Shown: piece by piece, positions 62,236 to 64,000 of the stretch
How positions within the stretch are numbered: position 1 is the stretch's first letter
Layout: every line of letters begins with the position of its first letter
Origin: Octopus sinensis
Lineage: Eukaryota
DNA: 64,000 nucleotides
Assembly (NCBI RefSeq): GCF_006345805.1
Contig: NC_043013.1
Coordinates: 620,001 to 684,000 of the forward strand
Reading direction: 5' to 3'
Made by a program: the position numbers and the translations under genes
The notes under the pieces: model-generated
Databases searched by the model: none
Told to the model about the DNA's origin: nothing
What the model saw: the letters and a program-made list of their open reading frames with translations, nothing else

Positions 62236-62540
62236 ACATTATTTACATTTGACGGATATTTGTCCTCATCATGCATATGGCACAGTGGTTAAGAGTGCTG
62301 GCTACTAACCCCAAGATTCCGAGTTCGATTCCAGGCAGTGACCTGAATAATAATAATAATAATAATAACGATATCGAAAAATAGCTTAGGAATGAGAACC
62401 CAGGTTCGAAATTTCCCCAAGACACCTGATGAAGGCTGGAGGGTATATCAGCCGAATCGTTGTGCTAACAACAAACAAGATGTGGACAAATATCTGTCAA
62501 ATGTAAATAATGTACATAATTCCTCATCTCTTAGATATAG
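62236..62540 (+). mobile_element. tRNA-headed SINE with internal (AAT)n, hammerhead-like motif and 35-bp inverted terminal segments
   Basis: A box tggcacagtgg (62278-62288), B box gttcgattcc (62323-62332), (AAT)n 62346-62368, hammerhead motif 62422-62465; 62236-62270 is the reverse complement of 62479-62513 with 2 mismatches. Confidence 0.85.
62422..62465 (+). ncRNA. Minimal type I hammerhead motif, probably inactivated in this copy (GAAA to GAAU)
   Basis: ACAC-CUGAUGA-A-GGCUG(GAGGGUAUAU)CAGCC-GAAU-CGU-U-GUGC: perfect 5-bp stem II, 3-bp stem I. Confidence 0.6.
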
Positions 62541-63049
62541 AATTGTATAATTTTTTTTGATTCTTAAGTCCTCATCACAATAAAGTTTGAAAATAAAAAG
62601 AGTTCAAAATTCCATAAAAGCCCAAAAAATGTTCACCTTTCCTAAACCAAGCTTCTGTTTATATCAATCAGACTGGTGCCCTCCTCATCTTCATTGTTGC
62701 TTTCACTATGTTTCAGCTGTTGTTCTTTCCAGCCTCCTTCAGGTGTTCAATGTTGAACTCAATTGTTTTATTGGAATTTCGAACCCAACCCTTTGTTTGA
62801 TCCATGGGGGTGGGAAAGAGGGGTCTCTGTTCTCATTCTACAACTGCCCCCTGAGCAACCAATGCCTTGTGAGTAGATTTGAGAGATGGAAACTGTATGG
62901 AAGTCCATTCTATATGTGTGTGGTTGTGTGTTTGTTTCTGAGTATCTGTTTGTGTTCTCCTTTACAGAACCACCCCTCTTGTTCACTCTCACTCTCTCTG
63001 GCTGGGGAACCATAGATCTCCTCCACAGCAAGGCACCTGTTTCTGTCTC

Positions 63050-63315
63050 TAACCTTTAATCATCCGAAGCAAGATCCCCTCCTCCAATGCCCCATCCCAT
63101 CTCAAAGACACTTGGTGACCCCACCAGTGCAGGTGCCACTTAAAAAAACACCCAGTCCACACTGTAAAGTGGTTGGCATTTGGAAGGGTATCCAGCTGTA
63201 AAAACCATGCCAAAACACACTCAGAAACATAGCACAGGCTCCTGCCTGGCCACCTCCTGTCAAACCATCCAACCCATGCCAGCATGGAAGGAGAACATTA
63301 AACGATAATGATGAT
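63050..63315 (+). mobile_element. RTE-tail-related copy
   Basis: ggttggcatttggaagggtatccagctgtaaaaacc...ccatgccagcatgg, GAT tail. Confidence 0.7.
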
Positions 63316-63379
63316 ACACACACACAGAGCTTCAGGCAATTTCATCATGTTGAACCGTTAATCCCCACACATTTTTCTC

Positions 63380-63510
63380 TCTCAATCCCTTCTGTTGAAG
63401 AGCATAGGCTCAAAATGTCAAAAACTTTTCCATTCTTCCCAAGTGCTAAACTAATACACCTGCTTGTTGTTCTTTCACCTGCTTTCATCTTTTGTTTTCT
63501 ATAAATTTGA
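63380..63510 (+). mobile_element. Solo 3' remnant of the Neptune-like PLE family with decayed hammerhead
   Basis: ttctgttgaagagcataggctcaaaatgtcaaaaac and actaataca...cacctgctttcatcttttgtt match the minus-strand 3' region at 45770-45881. Confidence 0.7.
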
Positions 63511-63557
63511 ACAGGGTTCGAGGTGTAGGAAGAAGGTTAGCTTCAAGCAATCCGTAG

Positions 63558-63603
<46 letters not shown>

Positions 63604-63610
<7 letters not shown>

Positions 63611-63810
63611 ACTTTTAGGGACAATAGTGGTTTATTGAAACGGAAGGTTGTAGATGTTTTTCGTATCGAAAATAAACTGAAAAAGTTCTTTTTATATTTC
63701 ACGGTAGGAGGCCAGGGTTGCCGGGTGTGCGAATAAGAATATGAGTGTTAAGGAATGGAGTAGATAAGATCCGGGCTATATGTTTCATAGCGAGTGGAAC
63801 TTCAGGAGTG
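63604..63810 (+). mobile_element. Left half of the long-TIR element seen at 34693-34930, abutting (TA)n
   Basis: See 34693-34930; preceded by (TA)n 63560-63604. Confidence 0.6.
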
Positions 63811-64000
63811 GTAAATATCATGTATATATTGGGTTGTTGCATAATTATTGTGGCTTTTATTCAACAACAAAAACATCTTTAAATGATTATTCTGGAGCAT
63901 ATTCACTATCTACTTCAATTACTGCTTCCCATTTGCTTGGCAGACGGTCAGACCGTCATTTAAAGATGTTTTTGTTAAATGTTGTTATTGTTTTTGTTGA

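Noticed and set aside
62278-62340. tRNA gene
   Set aside because: A and B boxes are present but there is no complete cloverleaf or acceptor stem; it continues into the SINE body. The same applies to the other SINE heads.

Overview
AT-rich, microsatellite-dense animal genomic DNA. The SINE/RTE repertoire resembles octopus (coleoid cephalopod), which is an inference. One host gene is supported: the 3' part of a Spire actin nucleator on the + strand. It has six coding exons (1566-1629, 4280-4545, 11167-11304, 14967-15068, 15929-16035, 17197-17476) with GT-AG borders and compatible phases, totalling 957 nt, and encodes the RRHT/S motif, Spir-box and FYVE-like C-terminus. The rest is mostly mobile DNA: two 5'-truncated CR1-type LINEs in opposite orientation inside spire introns, four large RTE LINE pieces plus many 3'UTR-only copies, and a Neptune-like Penelope element (RT + GIY-YIG) with a minimal hammerhead ribozyme. 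There are also fossils of a second Penelope lineage, several tRNA-derived SINE families, TIR MITEs, a Helitron-like composite and a 3.1-kb (TACA)n array. The most interesting candidate system is a tRNA-headed SINE family that carries a Penelope-type minimal hammerhead motif and inverted terminal segments of differing length in its two copies, suggesting a SINE mobilised by Penelope-like elements rather than LINEs. Most ORFs in the supplied track are microsatellite or antisense artefacts. All alignments and identities were judged by eye.
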